A DNA stretch of 64,000 nt from Obrimoposthia wandeli. Taxonomy: Eukaryota. The notes beneath the pieces are model-generated. The model saw nothing but the letters and a program-made list of their open reading frames with translations. It was not told where the DNA came from and did not search any database. Both the position numbers and the translations under genes were made by a program. Of the stretch, positions 10,247 to 20,253 are shown in pieces. The stretch covers positions 310,001 to 374,000 of the forward strand of contig CDROCS010000253.1 in assembly GCA_977020255.1 (NCBI GenBank), in the 5' to 3' direction. Each line of letters starts with the position of its first letter. Position 1 is the stretch's first letter.

Positions 10247-11860
10247 TTAATAGATAGAGGGCCTTACTTCTGGAGGGATTGATTCAGGGTACTGCACATA
10301 CCATTTCTCCAACCAGATTTCTATCTCCTCAGGTACGACTCCTGGATTAATAATATCACCTTGAATTAACTCTCCGCCCATCGCTGTATAAGCTTTTAAC
10401 GCTTCATGTCTGTCAATGTCAGTGCCAACAAGTGGAATTTTCATACTGCGAGTCAACGTAACAAGTGCATTGGTTATCGCCTTATCTACCCGGTTACTAC
10501 TATCATTTGTTAATTGTTGACAATTTATTTTAAGCTGATGAATTGCCATTTTTCTTATATAACGTAATGATTCATAACTGCCTGAAAAATTAGCGATGGA
10601 AACTTTTATATCCAATGATTTTAGCTGATCTATGATGACTTTCACCCGATTACTCGCACCAAGCATTACTTTCTCACTCAGCTCAATCATTAAGTATTTA
10701 CCAGAAATATCATACTCTGTTAATTGTTGTTCAATATAATCAACCAAATCCACTTCAAATAAGCTTTCACTCGACAACGTCACAGAAATACGTTGATATA
10801 TTCCCCTTCTATGCAAGGTATAAAGGGTTGAAAGCGCTTTTTTTAGCATATACTTTGTCAAGAAATATAGCTCACCACTATGTTCAGCCAGATCCGAGAA
10901 CTCATCTAACTCTAATGGTTTAACCAAGCCGCTTTCATACCAATGAAGTTTCAATTGGAAACCGACAATATTGTGGTTATTAATATTTACTTGAGGCTTG
11001 AAATAGCAAAATAACTTCTCTTCTTTAATATCTAGACGTAACACCTCCATCCGAGCAAGCTGGACTTGGTTATATAAAATACTGCTATTATCGAAATAAT
11101 TAATTGCTTGTTGTGTCTTTGAGCTATTAAGTAAAGCATCACCTGCATGGGCAATAAGTTCATCAAAGTTATCACCATTCTCACCTAAGATGGCAAGACC
11201 AAAAGCGAGTTCAAAATCCAAAGAGAAGCTCTTAAAGCTCATTGCATCAGGCACAGCATCCGCAAGTTGCCGACACAATTCATCAAGAACACTTTGATCA
11301 TCAAAGCGACAATCAGTTAAATTATAAACCACCAGAAACTGTAAACCTTGTAAACGAGCAATACGTACAGGATGAGAGCTAAAGCCAAAACTTAACAAGC
11401 TGGTATTATTCGCTACTTTCTTCTGTAAACAGTATGCAAGCTGCAATAATAATAAGTCAGAATTATGATGGCCTAGTAAACTATTGACTTGTTGGAAATT
11501 AATAGGCTTGAACACCACAGCAGCATAACGTTGTCCGCTTTCAGTCTTGATAGCGGCTTCAAAAGCTCTTAGCGCTTGCTGTGTTGTTGGTAAGTTAGTT
11601 GTAGGATCATGAGTATAAGAAAGTAGCTCTTCAAAACTAATAGCTTTACTATCATCATGTAAAGAAGTGGCGGTGAATAGTTTTTCAATAAATACTAAAG
11701 CCAACATAATAACGGTAATAACCGCAATAATATAGCTAACAATAGCGATCAAACTAATTGGAATTTTATCACTATAAAGTTGCGCAAAAAGTGCAGATAA
11801 GGCAACAATGACAATAAGAATAATAAGTAAAAAAAAGTACTTGGCGTTTAAACGGCTCAT
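10247..11860 (-). CDS. Membrane-anchored GGDEF-EAL protein with both catalytic motifs degenerate
   Basis: Two N-terminal TM helices. GGDEF-like FQQVNSLLGHHNSDLLL and RIARLQGLQF; EAL-like VGFQLKLHW and ANFSGSYESLRYI. Confidence 0.85.
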   Translation of the reverse strand: MSRLNAKYFFLLIILIVIVALSALFAQLYSDKIPISLIAIVSYIIAVITVIMLALVFIEKLFTATSLHDDSKAISFEELLSYTHDPTTNLPTTQQALRAFEAAIKTESGQRYAAVVFKPINFQQVNSLLGHHNSDLLLLQLAYCLQKKVANNTSLLSFGFSSHPVRIARLQGLQFLVVYNLTDCRFDDQSVLDELCRQLADAVPDAMSFKSFSLDFELAFGLAILGENGDNFDELIAHAGDALLNSSKTQQAINYFDNSSILYNQVQLARMEVLRLDIKEEKLFCYFKPQVNINNHNIVGFQLKLHWYESGLVKPLELDEFSDLAEHSGELYFLTKYMLKKALSTLYTLHRRGIYQRISVTLSSESLFEVDLVDYIEQQLTEYDISGKYLMIELSEKVMLGASNRVKVIIDQLKSLDIKVSIANFSGSYESLRYIRKMAIHQLKINCQQLTNDSSNRVDKAITNALVTLTRSMKIPLVGTDIDRHEALKAYTAMGGELIQGDIINPGVVPEEIEIWLEKWYVQYPESIPPEVRPSIY

Positions 11861-11957
11861 ATTTACCCACCCAACCTAGAAGATTTTATTAGGCAATTTA
11901 ATTACCTAATAAAAGTATAGCCTTTTGTACAGAAAGACTAGGTATTAAGCTGAGATT

Positions 11958-12494
11958 TTAAGATGGGCAAGTACTTTTTTGGTCTTTTGCTAACACGTTA
12001 GTGTAATCGTCTTCAAATGTAAGCAAGGCATCAACTAAAAAAAGAAATCCATTAAGATTATCACTGGACCAGTAACGCTTTAATTGCTTATCACTTGTGA
12101 CTATCAAAGCAACGAATTTTTTATAAGCTGAACTATCTTGATTTTCAAAACACTTCTGAGTAATGGCTTTAAGTCGGCCTTTTCCTTTTAAGCATTCCTT
12201 AAAAATAATACTGTAGTTATTAATTAATGGACTGATTAATTCTGCATGTTGTAGGAGTTGCTCATTCTCGTTCGCTTTAGCATAAGCTTTTAAACGCTTT
12301 AATCTCACTTTGTCAAACTCTTGCTCACGCGTAGCAACAAGCGTCAACGCATCTACTAATACCTTGTTTTCCTTGGTGGTAGACAAACTTTCACGTTGTT
12401 GGGTTAGTAGCTTTCTCTGCAGTTTTTCGGATCGGAAAAATAAATAGACACTTATGACTACAAAAAGAAGAGTCATAACTAAAAAAAAGAACAT
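11958..12494 (-). CDS. Hypothetical protein with N-terminal membrane anchor and coiled coil
   Basis: 178-aa ORF with a hydrophobic N-terminus; start overlaps the upstream stop (TAATG). Confidence 0.75.
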   Translation of the reverse strand: MFFFLVMTLLFVVISVYLFFRSEKLQRKLLTQQRESLSTTKENKVLVDALTLVATREQEFDKVRLKRLKAYAKANENEQLLQHAELISPLINNYSIIFKECLKGKGRLKAITQKCFENQDSSAYKKFVALIVTSDKQLKRYWSSDNLNGFLFLVDALLTFEDDYTNVLAKDQKSTCPS

Positions 12495-14413
12495 TAAGGT
12501 ACCTTAGTTGGGTTAACTTGTTCAATATTAACAGATTCAGCAATGCGTGCCAAAAAGAGATACGGATCAATATCTTTAAAATCAGGCATATTTAACGAGT
12601 ATTTCATCGTGACTGAAAAATCACCTAAGTTTGCAAAAGCTCTTGTATTTACAGCTTGCACTAGTTTCTCTAGCTTTGCATTAGCTTCTTGACTACTTTG
12701 GTGCTCAAAAAGCAGTAAATACTCACCTTCATTTAATAAGCCCGCAGAGTCAAACTCCGTTATTTGCTCATTGATTACGCTGGCCAAACCTTTAGTCACT
12801 TCACGAATACGTTTACTATTAAAGTGAAAAATAAGCTCCTGCCAATTCTCAACAATAAGATAACCAACATGCAAAGGGTATTGAAATTTTTTTGACTTTT
12901 TAAAGGCCAATTGATAATTAAACTTTGTTTGCATGGGGGCAGGCATAGTATAACTTGGCTTTTCAATCTCATCGTACGCTTGATTTATTCTTTGTGTCCT
13001 TAACCTCAAGAATAAGCCGACTAAGCTGAGTAGCAATAAACAAGCTAATATTGATAGACCTATAATAATGAATCGTTGTTGTTGATACTTTCCAGTAAAA
13101 CTACTCGATAACTCACTGCTTTCGGCTAATTTAACGGCAAGCCTTTTTGATTCTTCAACCGGTTCAGTTTTGAGTGTTTTACCTACCGCTAAGTGAGATA
13201 AATCTTGCACCATGCTGAAAGATTTTCTCTTGTAATTAAGACTATAAAGTAATACTTCACTATATTTTTCTCGCCAGCGATAAGCTATTTTATAATTTTC
13301 TTGTGCGAAGTGCATTTCAGCAACCATTCGATAAAAGCCAGCATAATCTAACGAAATATCTTTGCCATTAAGAAGCCGTACTACTTCAATTAATAAGGTA
13401 TAACCTTCCATAGTTTGTTTAACTTCTAACTTAGACTTTACCAGAGCAACAGAAGTTTCTATACGTTCAGCAAGCATATTATGTTGATAAAAGACTTTAA
13501 TTGCTTGTTGTAAAGGCTCAAGTGCTTGGTGAAATTGTTTTTGTGTTATTAAAACAATACCTAGCCCTTTATTGGCATGAGCGACATCAATCGAGGCCCT
13601 ATTTTCTTCCGCTGATTTCTTAGACTCCCAAAAAGCATTATAGGCATCGTCAAAGCGTTGTAAGTGAAAATAGGCATAGCCTAAGTATAAATAAGTTTGA
13701 GCAATATTTCTTTTTTGCCCCATTTCAAATCTTAATTTTAATATTTTTAACTGCATGGTTAACGATGTTTGATAATCACCCAGATGGTGATAAGCCAAAG
13801 CTAAAATAGTTAGCAATTCAATATGCTCTGTCAATTCACTTTTACTGATACCCCGTTCAACTTGCTGTAGGTCTGCTAAACCCTGCTGGTGTTTTCCCAA
13901 CATTGAAAACGCGACACTACGATAACTTAGCGACAGTAACTGGTATTTAACACTACGGCTAAGTGCGCTATTATTTACCGCATATTGAGTCAAATCTAAT
14001 AACTGTTTATATTGTTTTTTAGCAAAGTGCACATCTGCTAACTTTAATAACAACGCTAATTTAATTTTTTTATCTAGGCTATTTACCGCTAAACCATTTT
14101 GAGCAAAATCAAAGACTTGATTAATATTCCCCTGATTACTAGCAACCCTTGCAGAGAGTAAGTAGACTTTGGCGAGAATATCATTTGAGTAATGCTGTCG
14201 ATTCTTGATGATTTTTTCCGCCAATATCTTCACCGTATCTGTGTCAACAATTTCATTATTTACTTGCAATAGTTGCTGTACTTGATTACTTAACACCGCT
14301 TGCTCAGAAGGTGGTTGTGCAAACGTAGTAGTACTGACCAAAAGAAAAGAAAGTAATTGCGCTTTTAAAGTGAATACAATAAATAGAAACAACCGCTTTA
14401 TCGTCATATCCAT
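12494..14413 (-). CDS. Exported TPR-repeat sensor with one TM helix and a degenerate GGDEF-like domain
   Basis: Signal-like N-terminus, TPR-like helices (ALAYHHLGDYQTSL; LGYAYFHLQRFDDAY), TM IIIGLSILACLLLLSLVGLFL, and C-terminal AGLLNEGEYLLLF in place of R-x-GGDEF. Confidence 0.8.
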   Translation of the reverse strand: MDMTIKRLFLFIVFTLKAQLLSFLLVSTTTFAQPPSEQAVLSNQVQQLLQVNNEIVDTDTVKILAEKIIKNRQHYSNDILAKVYLLSARVASNQGNINQVFDFAQNGLAVNSLDKKIKLALLLKLADVHFAKKQYKQLLDLTQYAVNNSALSRSVKYQLLSLSYRSVAFSMLGKHQQGLADLQQVERGISKSELTEHIELLTILALAYHHLGDYQTSLTMQLKILKLRFEMGQKRNIAQTYLYLGYAYFHLQRFDDAYNAFWESKKSAEENRASIDVAHANKGLGIVLITQKQFHQALEPLQQAIKVFYQHNMLAERIETSVALVKSKLEVKQTMEGYTLLIEVVRLLNGKDISLDYAGFYRMVAEMHFAQENYKIAYRWREKYSEVLLYSLNYKRKSFSMVQDLSHLAVGKTLKTEPVEESKRLAVKLAESSELSSSFTGKYQQQRFIIIGLSILACLLLLSLVGLFLRLRTQRINQAYDEIEKPSYTMPAPMQTKFNYQLAFKKSKKFQYPLHVGYLIVENWQELIFHFNSKRIREVTKGLASVINEQITEFDSAGLLNEGEYLLLFEHQSSQEANAKLEKLVQAVNTRAFANLGDFSVTMKYSLNMPDFKDIDPYLFLARIAESVNIEQVNPTKVP

Positions 14414-14464
14414 ACCGTTAGTAGTTAAAAAATAAAATATTGGAGATTATCCAACATTACTGAC

Positions 14465-14728
14465 TATACCCGTTACCAATCAAGATGCATTTTTCAGAGT
14501 GCTTGAGCAATTTCAATTCAAGGCGCTGTGATGAAACAATGGTTATTCCCTTATAAATCACAGCAACGATGAAGTGATGTTACTCAAGCGATTCTGCGAT
14601 GGGTTTAAAGTGACTTTATTCTTCGTCAAATAATCAAAGTATAGAGTGACTATGCTTAAATTATTTGCTTTGCCTAAAGTCATTTTAATTCCCACTGAAA
14701 TCCTGCACTTTGAATGGTAACGGGTATA
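14465..14728. repeat. ERIC/MITE-like element, family A full length (264 bp)
   Basis: Terminal inverted repeat TATACCCGTTACCA(A/T)TCAA...TTGAATGGTAACGGGTATA; homologous to 24609-24788 and, inverted, to 44968-45231. Confidence 0.92.
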
Positions 14729-14762
14729 TACCAATAGGACTAATTTATTGATCCGTTTGGTA
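14727..14762. repeat. 36-bp minimal palindromic repeat abutting the family A element (shared TA)
   Basis: TATACCAATAGGACTAATTTATTGATCCGTTTGGTA. Confidence 0.78.
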
Positions 14763-14806
14763 CTACTCTTTTACCTCATAAAGGTAAACAAAAATAGCAT
14801 TTTCTA

Positions 14807-14834
14807 TTTACATTTATAGAATTCATCCTATAAT
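14807..14834 (+). promoter_or_regulatory. Sigma-70 promoter upstream of the c-di-GMP riboswitch
   Basis: TTTACA (14807-14812)-N16-TATAAT (14829-14834); start site expected near 14841. Confidence 0.75.
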
Positions 14835-14851
14835 GATTGCAGTTGAGCTTC

Positions 14852-14941
14852 AAAGCTTGATAAGGGCAAATCTAATGAAAGTTAGAGACGCAAAGTTACC
14901 GGTCTAATGGGAAACCTATGATAGCGGGACTGCAAATTTTA
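14852..14941 (+). ncRNA. c-di-GMP-I (GEMM) riboswitch aptamer
   Basis: GGGCAAA-TCTAAT-GAAA-GTTAGA-GACGCAAAG-TTACCGGTCTAA...ATGATAGCGGGACTGC. P2 has a GNRA tetraloop and P3 pairs. Equivalents of Vc2 G20 (14865), A47 (14892) and C92 (14933) are conserved. Confidence 0.93.
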
Positions 14942-15162
14942 GATATAGTGGGGGCTTATCTTAATTCGATAGTTCACTATCTGTTTCTTCCGTTTTCTTT
15001 GCGTGGCCCCTCCCCCTCATTTCTGAATTTATAACTCTCTCTTAGTTACCTATAACCTATTAAAATCTGTCCGAAATCACTAATAATAAAGACTCGTTTG
15101 AACCTAACACAGAACTCTCTGTATCAGGCTATTACTAAAACAAGCTTCAGTTAATGTTTAGA

Positions 15163-16944
15163 TTACTTATTTTGAGATTTTTTATCACTAATATAATGCA
15201 TTACTATTTTATCCAACATAGGTAATGGCATTGAGCCATGTTTCAGTAATTGATCATGAAAATCTCGTAAATCAAAGTTTTCACCTAATGTTTTTTCCGC
15301 CTCTTTTCGTAAACGCTTAATAGTTAACTCCCCCACTTTGTACGATAAAGCTTGTCCTGGCCATGAGATATAACGATCTATTTCTGTTTTTACATTATGC
15401 AGTGACAAAGCGGTATTATTGGCTAAAAAGTCTATTGCTTGTTCTCGACTCCATCCTTGCGTGTGTATTCCAGTATCAACGACTAAGCGACAAGCTCGCC
15501 ACATTTCGTACGTTAAGCGACCAAAATTATGGTAAGGATCCTCATACATGCCAGCTTCGATCCCTAAGTACTCAGAATATAAGCCCCAACCTTCACCAAA
15601 AGCCGAAATGTAGGTTCTATTCCTAAACGTCGCTACATCATTCATTTCTTTTGCGAGTGATATTTGCAAGTGATGCCCTGGCACGGCTTCATGTAATGTT
15701 AGTGCCGTTAAGACATAAAGTGGTCGACGATCTAGTCTATAAGTATTGACCCAATAATTCCCTGGTTGATCATCTCGTGATGAACCCGCATATCGTCCGG
15801 TTGTGTATTTAGGGGCTATATTGGCAGGTACTGCCATGACACCATAAGGTGTTCTAGGTAGCGTCTTAAATAACGTAGGTAATTTAGCATCCATTTTTTT
15901 GGCAATAAAGGACGCTTCTTTTAATAGTTCTGTCGGTGTAGTCGCATAAAATTGAGGATCGCTACGTAAAAACTGTACAAACTCACTAAAGTTACCTTCA
16001 AAGTTTACTTGCTCGATAATGTCGTCCATCTCGGCTCTGATACGTTTTACTTCAGTCAATCCTTGCTGATGAACTTGCATTGCCGTCATAGGTAACGTGG
16101 TATAATGCTCCAGCCTGTTTTGATAATACTTGTTACCGTTAGGAAGTGAGTTAGCAGCGATATTATCACGCGCATTGGGCTGATATTCATTAACCATAAA
16201 ACCATAATAAGCCTTATATGCAGGCATAACTTTAGTACTTAACACCTGCTTAGCTTGTCGCTGTAAATCCTTTTGTTGATTCGGAGTGACAAAAGCCGAC
16301 ATTTTATTAAACGGTTGATAATAAGTACTTTCAGTAACATTTTCTTTTATGTAAGCCGCAATAGATTGTTCAAATCCCTTAAGCACTATTTTAGGTTGGC
16401 TAATACCTTTTTTTAGTCCTAACTTCATCCAATAAATTTGCTGGGAAAAATAGGCTGGCAGTGCGGATAAGCGTGCTAAATAATCTTGATAATCAGTAAA
16501 GGTTTTAAAGTCGACTTGCTTTGAAATATTTGCTATCCAAACATGAAAACCTGATTCTGCCGTGAGCGGCATATAGTGCTCTTTGTTGGTGTAGCTATCT
16601 AACAGGTTTTTCAGGCTATAGGTAAGTACCGAAAAATTTATTTGGTTCTCTTGTGTTAGCTTTTCATTATCTAAGGCGGTTAACTGCTGATAAATGGCCA
16701 AACGTTGTTGGTATTGCGTTAACAAAAATTCTGCTGATAAATTGGGTAACTTAGCGTTATTCCCTAAAACTTCTGGCTGATTAAACGGACTTGATTTTAG
16801 ATAAAAGTCTTCATGTGCTTGGATAATATTTGCTAGTTGTTGATCTGTATTAATAGTGTTTTCCACTGAACCAGTGGCGTAGCTGTAATTTATCAGACAG
16901 ATGTTTATCAGCAGAGTCACTAGGTAAGTGGCTATATTTTTCAT
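15163..16944 (-). CDS. DUF885 family exported protein (putative metallopeptidase-like)
   Basis: Signal peptide; HEAVPGHHLQ, AFGEGWGLYSE, EIDRYISWPGQALSYKVG, FDLRDFHD motifs. Confidence 0.9.
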   Translation of the reverse strand: MKNIATYLVTLLINICLINYSYATGSVENTINTDQQLANIIQAHEDFYLKSSPFNQPEVLGNNAKLPNLSAEFLLTQYQQRLAIYQQLTALDNEKLTQENQINFSVLTYSLKNLLDSYTNKEHYMPLTAESGFHVWIANISKQVDFKTFTDYQDYLARLSALPAYFSQQIYWMKLGLKKGISQPKIVLKGFEQSIAAYIKENVTESTYYQPFNKMSAFVTPNQQKDLQRQAKQVLSTKVMPAYKAYYGFMVNEYQPNARDNIAANSLPNGNKYYQNRLEHYTTLPMTAMQVHQQGLTEVKRIRAEMDDIIEQVNFEGNFSEFVQFLRSDPQFYATTPTELLKEASFIAKKMDAKLPTLFKTLPRTPYGVMAVPANIAPKYTTGRYAGSSRDDQPGNYWVNTYRLDRRPLYVLTALTLHEAVPGHHLQISLAKEMNDVATFRNRTYISAFGEGWGLYSEYLGIEAGMYEDPYHNFGRLTYEMWRACRLVVDTGIHTQGWSREQAIDFLANNTALSLHNVKTEIDRYISWPGQALSYKVGELTIKRLRKEAEKTLGENFDLRDFHDQLLKHGSMPLPMLDKIVMHYISDKKSQNK

Positions 16945-17034
16945 TGGAGTTACTCAAAAATAGGAAGGGGCACGATAATATTGTATCTATTTTCATGCCT
17001 TAAATAAGTTGTGTCTTTAATGTTAAGATTAAAA

Positions 17035-17580
17035 CTATAAGTTAAAGAGAAGCTCTCTATATACTTTTAACTCAGCGATTGATTCTTTGATGTCATCTAA
17101 AGCCAAGTGAGCGCCAGTTTTAACTACCGCATCTAATACTTCAGGTTTCCAACGTCTTGCCAACTCTTTTATCGTGCTAACATCTATATTACGATAATGA
17201 AAATGATCTTCAAAGTCGGGCATGTATTTATTAATAAAGCGTCTATCTTGACCGATACTATTACCGCACATCGGTGATTTACCTTGAGGTACCCATGATT
17301 GAACAAAGGCTAAGCTTTGCTCCGTTGCTTGAGCCAGAGTTACTTCACTGTCGCGGCAACGTTGCGTTAATCCAGATTTACCATGATGTTCGATGCACCA
17401 CTCATTCATATTATCCAAAACATCATCACTTTGATTAATGGCAAATATTGGTCCTTGCGCGAGGGTATTTAAATGACTATCGGTAATAATGATAGCGATC
17501 TCTAAAATAACATCCTCTGCAGGCTCCAGTCCTGTCATTTCTAAATCAAGCCAAATTAAATTATTGTCATTATCCGCCAT
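17035..17580 (-). CDS. orn: Oligoribonuclease
   Basis: [55 protein letters not shown]. Confidence 0.97.
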   Translation of the reverse strand: MADNDNNLIWLDLEMTGLEPAEDVILEIAIIITDSHLNTLAQGPIFAINQSDDVLDNMNEWCIEHHGKSGLTQRCRDSEVTLAQATEQSLAFVQSWVPQGKSPMCGNSIGQDRRFINKYMPDFEDHFHYRNIDVSTIKELARRWKPEVLDAVVKTGAHLALDDIKESIAELKVYRELLFNL

Positions 17581-17629
17581 AAACTTTCCTTAAAAAAAAT
17601 GCATAAACATTGCTATATAATTGTTAGTA

Positions 17630-17685
17630 TATACTCGTTGCCATTCAAAGTGCAGGAACATGCATCTTCAAGTGGAACGGGTATA
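17630..17685. repeat. Minimal family A repeat (56 bp; two ends only)
   Basis: TATACTCGTTGCCATTCAAAGTGCAG-GAACA-TGCATCTTCAAGTGGAACGGGTATA. Confidence 0.8.
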
Positions 17686-17750
17686 ATACGCCACAACCAA
17701 GTCGGGTCAAATTAAATGTTGGATCAAATTAAATCGTATGAATAAGTCAC

Positions 17751-18809
17751 TTGTCTAAGGTAAAAAAACTGACCAAAGGTCAGCAAAGGCGAATTAAAGC
17801 CAATCATGATAATAGATTACATGGTAAAACCACTAAAAATAAAGATAAAGTGCAATGGGATGACGACGACTTAGGAGCGCCTCAACAAGGTGTTATTATA
17901 AGTCGATTTGGTCAACATGCCGATGTCGAAAGTGACCTTGGTGAAATATTTCGCTGTAATTTACGCCGCTCAATTGCCTCGCTTGTCTGTGGTGATAAAG
18001 TACTGTGGCGCCTCGGCAGAGAAACTCAACATAGCATCACGGGCATAATAGAGGCCGTTCATGAACGTGACTCGGTACTAAGCCGTCCCGATGTTTATGA
18101 TGGTGTTAAGCCAATCGCGGCAAATATCAGTCAAATTCTCATTGTATCTTCAGTATTACCTGTTTTTAATAGCGATATTATTGACCGTTACTTAGTGGCT
18201 GCCGAGCAAACTGGTATTACCCCTGTTATAGTGCTGAATAAAACTGACTTGTTAGACAGTATTAGCGCTGACGAACAAGAGAAAATAGCTAAACAACTGA
18301 AAATTTATCAAGATATTGGTTATCAAGTGCTTTACGCGAGTAGTAAATCTCGCGATGGTATAAGTGAACTAAAAACGCAGCTTACACAACATACCAGTAT
18401 CTTTGTTGGGCAATCTGGCGTTGGGAAATCAACGTTAGTTAATGCGCTCATGCCAGATTTAGGGATATTAACAAAAGAAGTCTCTGATAACTCAGGTTTA
18501 GGACAACATACCACTACAGTGGCACGCTTATACCACTTTAACGAAGGCGGAGATTTAATTGACTCTCCCGGTATTCGCGAATTTGGTTTATGGCATTTAA
18601 CGCCAGCACAAGTTTGTCATGGTTTTATCGAGTTCTCTGACTTCCTTGGTTTGTGCAAGTTTAGAGATTGTAAACATCAAACAGACCCTGGCTGTGCGCT
18701 AATAGCTGCGGGAGAAAAGCAAGAAATCAATCCTGCTCGCTTAGCAAGCTTTCAGCGTATCTTAGCCAGCCTCAATGATAACAAATTAACCTCACGTTTT
18801 AATAATTAA
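17751..18809 (+). CDS. rsgA: Small ribosomal subunit biogenesis GTPase RsgA
   Basis: Circularly permuted GTPase: [26 protein letters not shown], and C-terminal [14 protein letters not shown] zinc finger. Confidence 0.97.
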   Translation: MSKVKKLTKGQQRRIKANHDNRLHGKTTKNKDKVQWDDDDLGAPQQGVIISRFGQHADVESDLGEIFRCNLRRSIASLVCGDKVLWRLGRETQHSITGIIEAVHERDSVLSRPDVYDGVKPIAANISQILIVSSVLPVFNSDIIDRYLVAAEQTGITPVIVLNKTDLLDSISADEQEKIAKQLKIYQDIGYQVLYASSKSRDGISELKTQLTQHTSIFVGQSGVGKSTLVNALMPDLGILTKEVSDNSGLGQHTTTVARLYHFNEGGDLIDSPGIREFGLWHLTPAQVCHGFIEFSDFLGLCKFRDCKHQTDPGCALIAAGEKQEINPARLASFQRILASLNDNKLTSRFNN

Positions 18810-18819
18810 GGAAAAATGA

Positions 18820-19713
18820 GTGTCTTCAAAAAATAGTCTTAGCGATAGAATTAAAATCACCTTGCAGTACATCATGCCTAAACACGCTATTTCACGTTTA
18901 GTTGGCAAGCTAGCCGCTGCAAAATTGGGTTGGTTAACCACTAAGCTTATCAGTATGTTTATTAAGGCTTATGGTATCAATATGAATGAGGCTAAGCTTA
19001 AAAAGGCCAGTGACTTTGAGACCTTCAATAACTTTTTCACCCGTGAATTAGAAGCAGGTGCTCGAACCATTCATGATGATGAAAATACAATCTGTTATCC
19101 CGTTGATGGTGCCATCAGTCAGCAAGGTGACATTATTGATGGTCAGCTTATTCAAGCAAAAGGCTTCAATTATAGCTTAACGTCTTTGCTCGGTGGTGAC
19201 GAAAAAACAGCCGCACCTTTTCAAGGCGGAAAATTCTCTTGTATCTACCTAGCACCAAAAGATTATCACCGTATTCACATGCCTATGGCGGCGACCTTAC
19301 GTGAAATGATTTACGTACCTGGAGAGTTATTTTCAGTTAATCCATTAACCGCTCAAAATGTGCCCGACCTTTTTGCTAGAAATGAACGCGTGGTTGCTAT
19401 TTTTGATACTGCAATGGGTGAACTTGCCTTGGTATTAGTCGGCGCAACTATTGTTGCCAGTATAGAAACAACTTGGGCAGGCACAATTACGCCTCCTGCT
19501 GGAAAAGACATCTTCAGATGGCAATATCCTAAAGATGGAGCTGATGCTATTACTTTTGAGAAGGGTGATGAAATGGGCCGCTTTAAACTAGGTTCAACCG
19601 TTGTTAGTACTTTTGCACCTAAAATGATTAATGAATTTGCACCTGATGCTGGCCCTGGCACTGTTACTCGTCTTGGTGAGCTTTATGCTTCACTAGATAA
19701 GAGTGAAAAATAG
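18820..19713 (+). CDS. psd: Phosphatidylserine decarboxylase proenzyme
   Basis: [27 protein letters not shown], and the GRFKLGST self-cleavage motif; follows rsgA. Confidence 0.96.
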   Translation: MSSKNSLSDRIKITLQYIMPKHAISRLVGKLAAAKLGWLTTKLISMFIKAYGINMNEAKLKKASDFETFNNFFTRELEAGARTIHDDENTICYPVDGAISQQGDIIDGQLIQAKGFNYSLTSLLGGDEKTAAPFQGGKFSCIYLAPKDYHRIHMPMAATLREMIYVPGELFSVNPLTAQNVPDLFARNERVVAIFDTAMGELALVLVGATIVASIETTWAGTITPPAGKDIFRWQYPKDGADAITFEKGDEMGRFKLGSTVVSTFAPKMINEFAPDAGPGTVTRLGELYASLDKSEK

Positions 19714-19854
19714 TAAAAGTGGTCAACAAACAAAACTGTTGCTCATTTAGTGTACTCATTATAAGCTTAGAGGTAATACGATCGAATTCGTATCTCCTCT
19801 AAAACTTATATTTAATAGCAGTATAACTAAAAATATCAAATAAAGGACACGTAC

Positions 19855-20235
19855 ATGGCGCAAGAAAATTCTACAGTAAAACCCACACAGGCAGAGTTAA
19901 CGTTACTCAATGTGCTTTGGAAGATGGGTCCTGCGACTGTAAGACAAGTTCATGATGTTGTAAGCATCACACAAAAGACAGGCTATACTACCGTATTAAA
20001 AATACTTCAAATTATGCATGAAAAATCACTGGTTATACGTGATGAAAGCAATCGTGCTCATGTATATGCTGCTGCCAACAGTCAAACACATACACAATCC
20101 TCACTCATTAAAGACTTAATTAGTAAAGCTTTTGGAGGCTCTACCTCAAAGTTAGTTATGCGTGCTATTGACGACTCAACTAGCGAGCAAGAAATTAATG
20201 ATATTCGCCAGTTACTAAACTCTCTAGAAAAGTAG
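19855..20235 (+). CDS. BlaI/MecI/CopY family transcriptional repressor
   Basis: PTQAELTLLNVLWKMGPATVRQVH...YTTVLKILQIMHEKSLVIRDESNRAHVY. Confidence 0.92.
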   Translation: MAQENSTVKPTQAELTLLNVLWKMGPATVRQVHDVVSITQKTGYTTVLKILQIMHEKSLVIRDESNRAHVYAAANSQTHTQSSLIKDLISKAFGGSTSKLVMRAIDDSTSEQEINDIRQLLNSLEK

Positions 20236-20253
20236 TACAACTAAACTTTAACT

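Noticed and set aside
11829-12488. T8 homopolymers near the starts of the EAL-like gene and the 178-aa gene as phase-variation tracts
   Set aside because: Eight-base A/T runs encoding Phe/Leu in TM segments are expected in an AT-rich genome; both frames are intact.
14948-15034. 28-codon GTG ORF after the riboswitch as its regulated gene
   Set aside because: No Shine-Dalgarno and no recognisable features; not annotated, but kept as an alternative to test by Ribo-seq.
17704-17734. Duplicated GG(G/A)TCAAATTAAAT in the rsgA leader
   Set aside because: Only two copies in AT-rich DNA; most simply a local duplication with no supporting context.
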